DNA of 62,226 bases, the filler included, from Hausera hauseri (taxonomy: Eukaryota), in assembly GCA_046269625.1 (NCBI GenBank). It is 10 parts of 10 records of this genome, joined end to end, with 100 filler letters (N's around TTAATTAATTAA, not from the genome) between each part and the next. Parts side by side here need not be neighbours in the genome. Positions count along the whole stretch, not along the records: positions 14,688 to 20,175 come from JBJURY010244070.1; positions 20,276 to 25,767 come from JBJURY010243405.1; positions 25,868 to 30,042 come from JBJURY010720324.1; 7 more parts are not named here. The stretch is one strand, 5' to 3'. Positions 14,688-27,399 of the stretch are shown here, one piece after another (position 1 is the stretch's first letter; each line of letters starts with the position of its first letter). Below the pieces are notes generated by a model, which was not told the DNA's origin, ran no database searches, and saw only the letters and a program-made list of their open reading frames with translations. The position numbers were made by a program, and so were the translations under genes.

Positions 14688-14998
14688 TAATACCACGCGT
14701 AACTGTTGCAGACAAGTATGAATGAATTCCGGTAGAAACTGACATTGTCGATGAATGGGTATTAGAAGATTACGTACATCGGGTAAGTGATCCACTTGTT
14801 GAAGGAGTATTCTATTTACTGGTAGTCCAAATTGTGAAGACAAACGGACATTTGTAACATTGAAATAGTTAAAGAACAGTAACACCAATTGCTTTTTAGC
14901 CTGTAGACTGACATTTGTTGAATTGCAATTTGCAGTGAGATTACACGTTGTGTTCAATGTCAAAAGGCTCTGTTGAATTGCACTAAATGAAACACACC
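14688..14998 (-). repeat. Inverted copy of 16259-16568
   Basis: Both copies translate to nearly the same peptide (..LLFF.YF.VTNVRL.S.FGLPVNRI.LQQ.DHLPDVRN.LIPIHRQ.QFLPEFIHTCLQQLRVVL); this copy is cut by the contig end. Confidence 0.9.
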
Positions 14999-15361
14999 GA
15001 TCAGGATCTTCTACGTCTGATGGAACGGCGAAGCGTAATCTTTCATTTTCCACAATTGATATATTTCTTAATAGAAACCGTCGTATTTCCGGCATTCGAT
15101 ACGCATAGAACAATCAAAATCATTTCTTGATTCAAATGTTCTTTCTCGATAATACTCTCCGATGATTTGTCACCATTTTCCAGATTCTGAATGAAATTCA
15201 ATGACATCTGGTGTGACGAATTACGAAGATTACATTTCCAAAGTATGAATCTACACTTATCCGTTTGTCGACCAATTCGATCGAGATTTGTCAAGAGAGA
15301 CAGTTGTTTCGTATTGAAATTATCCACGAGTGAATTGAGCTAGGCAACGAGAATTTCATGT

Positions 15362-15868
15362 TTACAGACACTCGTGTTTTCGTGAATTGATCACACGACA
15401 TTTTGATGAGCAGTAGACAAATGAGCAATCCTCACAATGATAGTTATCAATCGGAATGATGGGATTTAATATGTTAGGACAACGAATGTTACAGCATTTT
15501 CTTTTTGTCTGATCAACTGATCTCAAATGATGACGATATCGTGCATAGTCATTCATTCGCTTAGACATCGATACCAGAAAATCATTGGCCAATTTCTTTA
15601 ATAAATCTTTGTTATTATCGCCAGTTATTGATGGTATATTTTGCTTAACAACATTCAATGTTTCTCTGGTTTTTGATGTCATTATTTGACTGAGTTTCGT
15701 TTTGTGATGATAATATCGTTTACTCGGTAAATCAAATTGATTTCGGGCAGCTTTTGGCGGATTGGATTTTTTGATGTTGACATAGTCAGTAAACGACAAC
15801 GATTCTGACACCAATGTAGTTTCAATAGAAAAATATCCACAAGTAATAGTAGAAGCTCTGACAAACAA
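15362..15868 (-). CDS. Hypothetical ORF with C-terminal MYND/HIT-like zinc finger
   Basis: CCNIRC...CEDCSFVYCSSKC.....KHEC pattern; start codon uncertain (non-ATG in the track). Confidence 0.4.
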   Translation of the reverse strand: MFVRASTITCGYFSIETTLVSESLSFTDYVNIKKSNPPKAARNQFDLPSKRYYHHKTKLSQIMTSKTRETLNVVKQNIPSITGDNNKDLLKKLANDFLVSMSKRMNDYARYRHHLRSVDQTKRKCCNIRCPNILNPIIPIDNYHCEDCSFVYCSSKCRVINSRKHECL

Positions 15869-16367
15869 AAGTTTATATTTAAAATTTAAAAAACAATATC
15901 TGCAATCAATCTATTACTCAATACTTGTCCTTATCCTAACAACCATAATATTTTTAACATATAATTCAATCATTGAGGAAAATAAAAAACAACGTATCTT
16001 TGTTTTGACAGAGAGATGTATTTTAAAATATCGTTAGATAGATATTTCCTGACATTACAGTAAAGTTCGTATAGGACGTTCCAAGACGACGAAATAAAAC
16101 ACCAAAACACATTGATTCTTCGGCGAAATAAACAAAAACAAAACAAGTGGTATTAACAAAATTGTATTTTGAGTTAAATCAACGACCAAAATAAAAAATG
16201 AAATAAAACGAAATCGCGATTACATTGTACACAACATTACCCCCTCCCCCCGTGGCGAGGTGTGTTCCGTTTAGTGCAATTCAACAGAGCATTTTGACAT
16301 GAACACAACGTGTAATCTCACTGCAAATTGCAATTCAACAAATGTCAGTCTACATGCTAAAAAATGA

Positions 16368-17123
16368 TTGTTGTTACTGTTTTTTGACTATTTCGATGTT
16401 ACAAATGTCCGTTTGTTTTCCCGATTTGGACTACCAGTAAATAGAATACACCTTCAACAATTGGATCATTTACCCGATGTACGTAATATTCTAATACCCA
16501 TTCATCGACAACGTCAGTTTCTACCGGAATTCATTCATACTTGTCTGCAACAATTACGCGTGGTATTAGACAATAATTGGCGAGAAGCTGTGTCTGTACT
16601 GGAGCTATCATATCATTTTCGCTCGAGCCAGATGGCTGATACATGGAAACAGGCGTTGGCTGCTGTCAAACAAACTACCAAAACAATACTTGCACCGGAA
16701 AGTCACAATCGAGTACTGTGGTTGACATACACCGAATTATTGTTGCAACTTACAGATCCGCCGCCATTTACACAGTCCAATAAGGCTGTAGATTGGTTGT
16801 TTCAAGAGGCTTCAAAGGTTCTTGCAAGATTATTTCAGCAAATTGACAGTGATGACTTGTCATTAGAACAAATTCTGCGAATTTTAAATCATTCTATCTG
16901 TCTAAAAATCAAACAGAATCCCACCAATGGCTCACAATCCATACTTGAAGATATTTTAAAGAAAGTGTTGGCCGCAAACGTTCAATGTAAAAAATTTGCA
17001 TTGCCTATACCGAGAATTAATTCGGTCACAATGGGGGGCCACAAAGATAATACGTATTCCTTTTTATCAAATTTCATCGATCAAACCTCGTCTTCGTCCA
17101 ACAAAAATTTATATCCACGGTGA
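16368..17123 (+). CDS. Hypothetical helical protein fragment
   Basis: 251 stop-free codons; the 5' part is duplicated in inverted orientation at 14688-14998; family not recognised. Confidence 0.35.
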   Translation: MLLLFFDYFDVTNVRLFSRFGLPVNRIHLQQLDHLPDVRNILIPIHRQRQFLPEFIHTCLQQLRVVLDNNWREAVSVLELSYHFRSSQMADTWKQALAAVKQTTKTILAPESHNRVLWLTYTELLLQLTDPPPFTQSNKAVDWLFQEASKVLARLFQQIDSDDLSLEQILRILNHSICLKIKQNPTNGSQSILEDILKKVLAANVQCKKFALPIPRINSVTMGGHKDNTYSFLSNFIDQTSSSSNKNLYPR

Positions 17124-17169
17124 AGACATAGTTACCAGTACAGGTTGGAATACAAGTAATACATTTAGA

Positions 17170-17410
17170 AGGAACCGTGTTTTTAGTTTTTGGCGTGTCA
17201 CACCAAGTCTAAGTTTTGAAAGTTTGGTTAAGCGTAATATCCGAAGTATAATCCTCACCAACGGTACTCTTTATCCTATTGACAATTTAAAATTAGATAT
17301 GAAAATAAAATTCTACATAGAATTACGTAACAACCAGGTGATTAATAAAGATCAGCTACTTGTAACTATTAGCGGAAAAGCGCCCGATGGAGAATATCTG
17401 AATAGTAAAA
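17170..17410 (+). pseudogene. RTEL1: RTEL1/FANCJ (XPD-family) helicase fragment
   Basis: VFSFWRVTPSLSFESLVKRNIRSIILTNGTLYP...IELRNNQVINKDQLLVTISGKAPDGEYLNS aligns by eye with RTEL1 LSYWCFSPG..M.ELV..GVRS.ILTSGTL.P...LENPHII...Q..V.V...GPDG..L.S (motif III region); only a fragment. Confidence 0.7.
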
Positions 17411-17438
17411 CGACTGGAAATGACTTTGGAATTAAAAG

Positions 17439-20018
17439 ATGACTCTGGTAGGAAAGTTGTTTACATTACCGAACCTTGTTTTATGCAGAAGGTTTATACA
17501 AAATGTGACTTACATGTCTATTTATTGCAATGGAACGCCTCCGACTTATAGTGAAAGACAGTCGTTCGAAAACACCAGCGACACTACCGATCGAATCAAC
17601 GTTTTAGAGTCGGCGTCTCTACTCGGTACACTTCACATTCGAAAGAATCGATCAGATTCGGCCACTGAAATATTCCAAAAGTTACAACTCGAATTCGGAC
17701 AGATGACCCGTAAGATGACGCGGTTGACCTGTAAAGACATCGATCTGCAGTCTCCACAATACAACATGATACCACCGATCATGGAGAAACCTGTACACGA
17801 TAAGGTGAGATTCACCATTATACAATGTTCGGTCGGCGAATATTTTTTATACATTTTTATTCACAATATTTCTTACCCACTTTTCCCCTACTTCTTTGTC
17901 AATTATACAGTTGACACAACATCGCCTACCCATGGTTTTGTAAGTAGGGAAATATCTGAATCTTGTTTACATAGTTGCAACAGTAGTTTTCGACTTGCTG
18001 TATATTCGTATAAGCGTTTAGCCCATACCATTCGTTGTAAGATATCCAACTACGTGTTCACGATCCTTAGATCATTTTTTAAAACCATATTCCGATCTCT
18101 AAGATTCGTCGAAAAGAAACCGATTAATGATTACAGTACACATTTTACATTGTGCCTATTGCTTGTCATTTGTCAAAATCAAGGTGTCAGTGAAACGCTA
18201 CTTCCGCTATGTGGGTTCACATCCAAATCTCAATCTACCGTTGGTAATTATCGAATGCTGACGGAACAGATTATAAACGTATTTAACTATTCCGTAAAAG
18301 TTAGAAATTTTATTGTAAGAAAAGGTCACATCAAAATTATATTTAATTATAATCCGTCGAATAGTACGCAATTTAGTGGCGTATTCAGTTTTTCTTTACG
18401 AGATTTTGTGAGTGATTTGATACACATTACATCGTTGGGAAATTCGGATTATTCAAAGAGATGGTATTCATCATTTTATATTGATCCATGTTGGCAGTAT
18501 TACCTTTTCTTTTTACGTATGATTCAGTTCGTTTTTCGTCGTCTCGAGTATTTGACCTACAACTTTTATCTAGTGAAGGCATCCTTGCGTGACGCATATT
18601 GCTATTATTCTGACAGGACTCCTGTAACCTTTGGAATTCTAAATAATTTCAGCCAAACATTTCTTTTTAATCCTCAGATGATAAATTTCATCTATTCTAT
18701 TCAGCCGTTGTTGCATTTTACCCTTTGTTCACGACATAGTTTTTCGAGGTACCGTGCACTCACAAGAATTTGTGAACTTGATGATGGCCACATAGAAATT
18801 AATGAAGTGGTTTATTCATCTCATACTCCTGAGGTGCAAACAAACCATGGCATGACAAACCAATCAACCTTCTGTTCTACATCAATGAGTCCCACGCCAT
18901 GGTGTGTTTCGTCACCACACCAACCACTTGAGTTTACATCGACTATTACTTTTTTATTCTTTCTAAAGAATCACCATTTACTAACACACAGAATGACAAA
19001 TTCGATAGATGCATCCTATCTACACAACTATGTACCATACATCGCCAACATCTCTGATTTTTATCTTACGTACAATAATCTACCAATAACTAACTCCAAC
19101 CTCCGTAACCTTTCTATACATTCAATCCATTGCATCATCATTCACATACACATTCGCATACGTGGTGGAATGGAACATTCACTTACAATTAACACCACTG
19201 ACCTAAATACCCTCAAAACATCACATTTTGCGTTCAACCAAAAACCATCAATCGTTACCACGCCATCTGTCAGTAGTTATGCTTCTTCAACCTCGCCAGT
19301 CAAACACACTTCTCAATGCACGGAGTATTTTATTGCCCACGAACAGTCCAACAAAACGTGGCTTAGCTTCCACAAACTTTGGCTGCAATCTAACAACATC
19401 ACTGATCCGCTAACTAAAGCCCATAACCTGCTTTGTCTTTTGCCAACAACTGTTCAAACGGCCATTCATGATTTGCTAGATATCTTCCAGAAAACTGATC
19501 CATACACGCATCTTTACAACGCCATTTTAAAGCTTACTGAACCATCTATGAACTCAATAATTCATCGTTTCTTCAACAACAATGTTATGGGGACGCAAAA
19601 ACCATCAGGTTTCCTCAGAACGTCACTCACACAACTTCAAACACTTGGCGTGATTAAACAACACAACGCTGATCTTTTGCGACGCTACTTCATGAACGCA
19701 TTGCCCATCCAAATTAGGGCCTTACTTACTCTCGTCGAAGAATCGACAACACTTGATAAATTGGCCGAACTGACGGACAAATCATACGAGGTTTTGAACG
19801 TACACACTCAACCAGTTATTTCTGCAGCAGTTATTACCAACAACGTTATACTCAAACAGCAGCTAAACCAATTACGCGCCGAAAATGCGGCACTCCAACA
19901 CACCATCAACACTATCAGTGATAAATTGAATGACCTTTTTTTACATCGTCACCTACGAGGTCATTCGTATGCTACTACCATAACAAATTTAATAACAACG
20001 CAAATAAATGTTGCTTAG
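17439..20018 (+). CDS. gag: 859-aa ORF: long unknown N-terminal region fused to Gypsy Gag
   Basis: The C-terminal part (SNKTWLSFHKLWLQSN...MNSIIHRFF...LLRRYFMNALPIQIR) is homologous to the gag of contig 1; Cys-His knuckles follow in a shifted frame at ~19965-20120. Confidence 0.7.
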   Translation: MTLVGKLFTLPNLVLCRRFIQNVTYMSIYCNGTPPTYSERQSFENTSDTTDRINVLESASLLGTLHIRKNRSDSATEIFQKLQLEFGQMTRKMTRLTCKDIDLQSPQYNMIPPIMEKPVHDKVRFTIIQCSVGEYFLYIFIHNISYPLFPYFFVNYTVDTTSPTHGFVSREISESCLHSCNSSFRLAVYSYKRLAHTIRCKISNYVFTILRSFFKTIFRSLRFVEKKPINDYSTHFTLCLLLVICQNQGVSETLLPLCGFTSKSQSTVGNYRMLTEQIINVFNYSVKVRNFIVRKGHIKIIFNYNPSNSTQFSGVFSFSLRDFVSDLIHITSLGNSDYSKRWYSSFYIDPCWQYYLFFLRMIQFVFRRLEYLTYNFYLVKASLRDAYCYYSDRTPVTFGILNNFSQTFLFNPQMINFIYSIQPLLHFTLCSRHSFSRYRALTRICELDDGHIEINEVVYSSHTPEVQTNHGMTNQSTFCSTSMSPTPWCVSSPHQPLEFTSTITFLFFLKNHHLLTHRMTNSIDASYLHNYVPYIANISDFYLTYNNLPITNSNLRNLSIHSIHCIIIHIHIRIRGGMEHSLTINTTDLNTLKTSHFAFNQKPSIVTTPSVSSYASSTSPVKHTSQCTEYFIAHEQSNKTWLSFHKLWLQSNNITDPLTKAHNLLCLLPTTVQTAIHDLLDIFQKTDPYTHLYNAILKLTEPSMNSIIHRFFNNNVMGTQKPSGFLRTSLTQLQTLGVIKQHNADLLRRYFMNALPIQIRALLTLVEESTTLDKLAELTDKSYEVLNVHTQPVISAAVITNNVILKQQLNQLRAENAALQHTINTISDKLNDLFLHRHLRGHSYATTITNLITTQINVA

Positions 20019-21059
20019 GTTGTAAATATTATTCGCCAAATCTACATTCGAGTAATATAATTTGCATCTATCATGCAAAATTCGGATCTAATGCTCGGAG
20101 TTGTATTTCTGGCTGTACCGACAAAACTAACAAAAACTATTCCATCGATAGACGTCCCAACATCTCTAATAGTAANNNNNNNNNNNNNNNNNNNNNNNNN
20201 NNNNNNNNNNNNNNNNNNNTTAATTAATTAANNNNNNNNNNNNNNNNNNNNNNNNNNNNNNNNNNNNNNNNNNNNACTCAACTGTTATGTTTAAAGGATC
20301 TAAATAGCTTATGCCTCGCGACCATAAACTCTCTTATTCTTTGACTTTAGGATGTGATTCGATCGCTAGAATGCACACTAGCGATGGTTCCGCTTACTTA
20401 TTTGATTTTAGACAACCTTCCTCATGGGACGGTATACCGAAACGGGACTCTTTTTATCTGTAATTAGCTTGTTTATTATGATTTATAATGTATTTTTATC
20501 GACCTGTTTACTTAGACACGCAATTATCAATAAGTACTGAAGACAAGAAAATGTTTAATAGGTATTGAAATAACTAAACAACCAAAGTATAAACGACCAT
20601 TAAGTAATACAAGTATAATTGGAAAAATACAATTATCAATCAATATTATCAATCAGAAGTATCGTAATAACGGAAAGAAAAACAAGTTACAAAAATTTGT
20701 GCGTTTGTTATACGAATTTAATTGGGTTGTATAATGGTTCATTGGCTATCATTTTTCAAATAAAAACCGCATTAACATACAATTACAAGAAATGAAGGAG
20801 ATTATATCGTCTAATCGAATAAATCATATCAGATTAAATTCATTGTCGTGTTCAGAATAAAATTACATCAGTATTTGAATTACAATTGTTAATTTACTTC
20901 TGTGTCAATTTGCATCAGAATCAAGTCACATTGGTATTTGAGCTAATTTACATTTGCAATTGCATTTGCATTTACATTTGTGTCGACACCTCCCATCTCA
21001 GATGAAGCCGTCCTCGGCTGACTTATGTCCTCCCAGCATAGCATCGTGGTATTGGATCA

Positions 21060-23440
21060 GTAGTAACTTTATGCGTTCTTGAGGGACAACTATAAATAAT
21101 TTTCCTTTATGATTTTAGTATAGTATGCCGTTCTTTATTTCATAATTTTCGGCAAATTTCACTAAGTGAGCATACAAATTGGTACAAGTTAGTATTGTTT
21201 TCTTTTTCAAATACTCTCTGAATTCTTTTATTTGCTCATCCTTTTGTTGTTTTTGTAGCGACGATTTTTCTTGATCTGTAATATTCCAAATAGCTGCTAT
21301 AACACCCGATTTTTCTGCTGATTCGTCTTGATTTGTATCTTCAGGTATCCCTGATAGGTAATCTGCGTTTGCGTTGGTCTTGTCAGTTTTATATTCAAAC
21401 TTAAATTATATAGTTGGAGTAACATAGCCCATTTCATTAAACGGCTTTTCTAATTCTTATTGTTTTTCGGCCACTATAACAGTTTATGATCAGTATATAT
21501 AACAGGTTTAGTTTCTGACACGAACTGACCATATTATTCCAGTGCATATACAATTGCGAGTAATTCTCTCTCAGTCGTAGAATAATTTGTTTCGTGTTTT
21601 CTTAGCTTCCTTCCTCCAAATGATATCGGATGTTCTTGTCCTTAGTCATCCTCTTGAGATAAAACAACTATTCCAACTAGGCTCTCATCCGTAGCTAGAA
21701 AATATGGTTGTGACATATTTTGGTAAGCCAGTATAGGTTGAGCTAATGGATTATCTTTTAATTGCTAATACGAACTTAGAATTTTCTTGTAATAAAGAGT
21801 GTAGTGGAGCAGCTGCCTGTTGGTATTCCTTAACAAATTTTCGATAATAACCCGTGATACCAAGAAACTTTCGGATTTCCTTAACTGTTTTTGGAACTGG
21901 GAAATCCTGAGTTTTATTTATTTCTCCAATTTGAGGACTGATACCTTCTCTACTTACCGTATGACCTAAAAAGTCAACTCTGGTTCTAGCAAAACAACAT
22001 TTCTTAAGACTTACCTTTATTCCAAGGAGTGCACATTCTTCCAGCATGATTTGAGATGCTCTTTGTGTTGTTTATAATCAGTTGAAGCGATTATAACATC
22101 ATCCACATAACACATTATATATGGAGCATGCATTGTGATTATATCCATAGCAGTCTGAAAAGTTTCGGGGCATTTTCATTCCGAATGCCATTCGATTAAA
22201 CCAATAATGTCCGTCTCAGGTTACGAAGGCTGTTTTCTGTTTACCTTCCTCTTGTGCGTCTCCCTGTCAGAATCATTTTTGTAAGTCCAACGTAGTGAAT
22301 AACAGTTTATATTTTCGTTTACCTAATATTTCGTCAATTCTAGGTAACGAATAAGTATTGCCTACCGTTTTATCATTGAGAGCTCGATAATCCATGCACA
22401 TTTTAATTGATCCATCTTTCTTTTGTTCCATTAAATTGGAGCTGCCCATGGGGTATTACGTGGCCTGATTATGTCATATTGTTTCATCTCGGCTATTATT
22501 TCTTTAGCCTTCTATCCTTTATCGTAGTTAAGCCTGTATAACCTCTTTTTGATGGATGTTTCCATTCCAATTTTTAGTTTGATTTCGTGTATAATGACAG
22601 GTATTATTCCCATGTCATATTTATCTATTGCGAATATATCTTTATATTGTTGTATTATTTAACTATACCTTTTTCTGTGTCCGTCAGTGAACTTTCTTTA
22701 CTAAATAAGTCATAATCATTCAAATTAATAGTTTTTACAAATTCTGTTATTTTCTTATTTTTATTGAGATTAGTTCTCAACCTGTTCAATGATTCCTCCT
22801 CAGATCGTATTCCACATTCTATTAGTGATTTCTGACGTTGTCTTTCCACGAAATCGGATAATTCGTGTACAGTGGATATTGTAGCTCCTGTTGAGTTGTT
22901 ACCTATATCTTCTATTATATATACATAGACAATTCTGGTACCTTTTCTAAGTAACTTGGGCTTGTTAGAAACATTATCTATTCGGACAATCACTTGTTGT
23001 TCCAGAATATTATCTATTAAATAAGCTATCCATATCTCGTTTCGGTGCATGAAGTTCACATTTGGTTCAATATAAACGTCGCCTTCATCTTCCCTTCTAC
23101 TATAGCTTTAAGTACAATTTCTGTTCTGGCAGGTATTAATATATCTTCCTTAATGGATAATGTATCCTTTTCATTTTTCGTGTTCCAAAATGGTTGGATT
23201 TGTTGTGACTATAGATGTATACACATATCTTTTAGCTCTGCCAACGCATTACAACCAAGTATAGCTTCCACCACTAATTCATCTGCTATTCTGAATTCTT
23301 GTTCAAACTTCTGGTCCAGGATTTTGGTTTCGCATTTTATTAAATCTCTAACTTGCACTTTCGTCCCGAAGGCTCCGACATTTGTGATAACCTCTGTTGG
23401 CATCTGTAACGTTTTCTTTACAGAAGCAAACATAGAATTT
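21060..23440 (-). mobile_element. pol: Degenerate Ty3/Gypsy pol (protease C-term, RT, RNase H)
   Basis: NTPWAAP, CMDYRALND, YVDDVIIA, VDFLGHTVS, IRKFLGITGYYRKFV, NYSTTERELLAI, NANADYLS; related to the contig 9 element (shared NVGAFG). Confidence 0.9.
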
Positions 23441-23669
23441 AAATGGAATTTTTGCTACAAATCGAAATTTATCTGATTTGCCCAATGGTGGAGCCCAAAA
23501 AGATCACGTAAAATTAAATAAATAGAAATGAAATAAAATTAGTCTAAATTCTAAGAGAAATAGACTGATCGAATTTTCAAAAAAGAAAATATTCCAGCAA
23601 ATCCACATCACTTTTTACAGTAATTTTTTGTTGCACTCCATTGAACAATTTTTTATAACTTCACGAAAC

Positions 23670-23900
23670 CTTGTTTCAATAGAATGGTGCGACATTGCAT
23701 GCTGCAAGGCAATCAATGGCAGCTGTGATAGAATTATTTGGTGACCGTGTCATCTCATCATACGGTGACATTCTCTGGCTCTCAAGATCACCGGATTTAT
23801 CCGTCTGATTTTTATCGTGGAGCTACTTCAAGAGTCGGGTTTACATGACTCGGCCAAAGACGCTGGATGAATTGAAACGAAGAATTCAAAGACGGAATTC
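23670..23900 (+). mobile_element. Tc1/mariner-superfamily transposase C-terminal fragment
   Basis: FQ.NGATLHAA..SMAAVIELFGDRVIS.YGDILW.SRSPDLS..DF..WSYFKSRVY.TRPKTLDELKRRI. Confidence 0.8.
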
Positions 23901-26900
23901 GTGGTATCAAAAACATACTGCTCTTTCACTTATGAATTCATGGGTTAAAGAACCTTGGAAAGACTTGCCATCTAAGATTATTTGTAATTAAAACTGATGG
24001 ATTTAAGAATGATGATGAAGATAGGATTATATCAAATCATAATACAGACCATACAGTAAAAGCGCATTTTTAGCTTATGAAATTGGTTTTATTGTTTTTT
24101 ACTTCTATAATTTTAGCCTTTAACTAGGTTAATCATTTAAATTTGAATTTATACATAGACATCATTTATTATCAACTTCCAACTTTATACACTACATTCA
24201 ATCATTCATTCATGGAATTCTATATAAAACACGAGAAAAACGCGGTTTTTTACAGTATGGTTTGTATTTACGGTCAAAACATTTCTCAGGCTTGCATAAA
24301 AGTTGAAATTGACCAAACCAATAATGTTGTGGTCAAATGTAATTGCATTTGTTTTTGCATAAATAAATGGGAAATATTTTCACGGACAAATAAAAATAAA
24401 TGAACCAACATTCGGTCCATTTTTTGATGAAGTTTTGCCACCTTTCAAGAAACTTCTTATAACAGTGTTCAAAAACGTTATTTTTTGGCAAAAACAATTC
24501 CAAGACAAATTTGGCACTCTCATCGGACGTGAAGATTTTATCACTCATTATGTTTAGCACTGACAAGTATCCCGTTCGGGTTCCAACAATTTTTCGTAAA
24601 TGAACACATTTGTATGGGGTTTATCAATATCGTGGTGAAACGTAACACTTTTACGATCCTCCAATTTTGGACGCTTCTATTTAATGGAAAATTTTAAATT
24701 ATCCAATTCACAATATTCGATAGAATTAATTGTTTGATTACGTGAAAAGAAATTCAAAATGTATGCCTTTAAAACTCTGAAAGTCAACAGAATAATCTTC
24801 TGTAGTTCAGACCGCCGCAAACAAATTCTTCATATTTATGGCTTTAATGTGATTTCGACGAACAAGCCACGTACGTTTAGAAACGAATTAAAAAAAATGA
24901 AAAGTCACTGGAAGAAAAGTAAATACGCCAAACAGATCACGTTTACTAAATAGAATGTCAAACGAATTTGAACTACAACATTTACAGTACTATACTGAAA
25001 CAGAATAAATATCAATTACGCATTACAACAGTATCAGTAACGGTAAGGAGGATGCAAATGTGCTGATAGAAATAACACTTAATCTTTACCTATCCAATAT
25101 CATATGTAACGTGACATTTGGAAATAGTCGTTCCAATACTGTCACGTGCTGCATTATACTTTACAAATCCATCTGTTTATGCCGTTACATGTTTGCATTA
25201 TATAGTTGAATTGAAAATTGCAGTGATTATCCCCAACATTAGATTAAGGGCAATATTAAAAACAGCTCGATCTTCGCAAAAATAATTGTATTTCTGTGGG
25301 AAGACACCAAACATTTAATGGATAGGTAAAGATTAAACACACCAGTTGAATAGATTTGACATGCATTATAAAATATCAATGAAATTCAAGTTATTATGCT
25401 TCATGAATTCTGAAAATAAAAACAACGAAAGACTATTTTCCTATCTTATTTTTCGCATATTTTGTTATAAAAAACTGAATATTAATAAGTATAGGAAGTG
25501 GAAAGGTGTTATTTGAAAAATTGAAAAAGTCGATTTTTTTGTCAGAAGGCTTTGCTGCTAAAAGTATATAATATTCATCTAATGAAAGTAAAATAATCAT
25601 TCGTGATCATCACTTAACAAAGTAAAATCAAGATGTCACATTGATTTTTTATCGAACAATTTCAATTCTATGGAGTGATTATCCTGAAGAAAAAGCCATT
25701 GTTTTTTGTCGTTCTAACTGCAACAGTATTTTTCTCAAATATTTCTGATCTTTGATTTTTCAATATANNNNNNNNNNNNNNNNNNNNNNNNNNNNNNNNN
25801 NNNNNNNNNNNTTAATTAATTAANNNNNNNNNNNNNNNNNNNNNNNNNNNNNNNNNNNNNNNNNNNNTTGGTTTTGACCGTTTTGGGAAAGTCGTAAATC
25901 GATATGTCCATTTTCTTCCTCATCGTCATCTGTTACGGATATGTCAAAAATGGTATCCAAAACGCTGTTTAAATCCTCGAGTCGGAAGATCGGGCCCAAC
26001 TATGGGTCCGACACGGCGGCAACTGACGCCCGGCCGTGTCCAACCAAATGGGCCAAAGGGTACCGGCCGCTGTGGGCACCACAATAGAGACTTGCATTAT
26101 TCCTCGCCAATGTGATGAAATCTATGGGTAAACTGCATGAATCGGTAGGTTGTTCGCATCCCATTATTCGACATCTTCCGTTGAAAAATATTACAATTAT
26201 ATATATACAACTGTAGTGAAACCTTTGTAATTGATATTGCTCAGCATTTTTGTAAAAATGAAAATGAGTGTCAGGGTATTGATTTATATACTTTTTCAAC
26301 TGACCTTTGATTGGTTCAGTCAAATTGGACAAATCAGATTGGATTACACAAGAAAGTGCGGTTGACACCGTTATATTTTCGATTTTATTTTAGAAATCCT
26401 TTTGAAAAATGGCGAGTTTTTATTCTGCTCTCCTAAAAAATTTCTATATCTATTTAGAATTGCAAAATTGAAAATACTGATGCAACACTTGGTCAAGCGA
26501 TTGATAATGTGTTGAACGTTCCAAACTGTAAGAGAATGACTGAATATCTGATTGATTACATGAGAAAGCTGAAAGAGCAATTGGATATGGAGGTGATGAG
26601 ATCAAAATGGTAGGTATGAAGCCTATGACATATAATTGTTGTAAAGAGTCACTATTGATTATTGACTAGAGACAGTAACAGTCCAGATGTTGATTTGTAA
26701 ATATTAAATGTAGTAAACTGAATATTAATATCGATTAGAAATAGCATATGCTAATATTTAATGAAAATCCGAGAAAAACAACTCCTGAATAAACAAAGCA
26801 AATGTTGACAAAGTGAAAATTAATTGAGAAAATACACCTGTGTTGCATAGCTAACGACTATATATACAGAACCCAAAAATTGAGAAGAGAGTAGTTTTTC

Positions 26901-27399
26901 TTCGACTGTAGCGTCGAATTGTTAAGCGATTTAATCTAGAATAAAAATTTCATCCACTGTAGCGTCGATTAGCTGCAAGCTCTACAACTCTTAGACAGAT
27001 TTTCATCGTCGACAGTGACGATTAGTGCGACCACTTCAATTCGTAGAAGAAGACAATTCGGTCCAGCGTTACGATATTAGAAATATTGACATTATTCGAA
27101 ACGGTGATTGTTTGTGGATCTAATATATTGGTATATTTGTTTCATATTTTCTAAAATCCCGCTATAGTTTTCTCATCGGCCCTTAAGGCTGATTGGACGT
27201 ACATTAAGTGTAAAATCTACTGTAAATTATATAAGTTACGAGAAATTTATAAAACTACGCACAGGACTTGCACGCATCACACAGCATACACGTAAAATCG
27301 ACATACTAGGCACATTCGTCTAACAATAACGTTAGTCCGAATTTGCATAAGGAAATCTAAATTCAAAAGTAATTCTGTTATATATAAGGGGCGTGAGTT

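Noticed and set aside
26900-27030. Short repeats of ACTGTAGCGTCGA
   Set aside because: Two to three degenerate copies, probably subterminal repeats of an unidentifiable transposon; no further structure.
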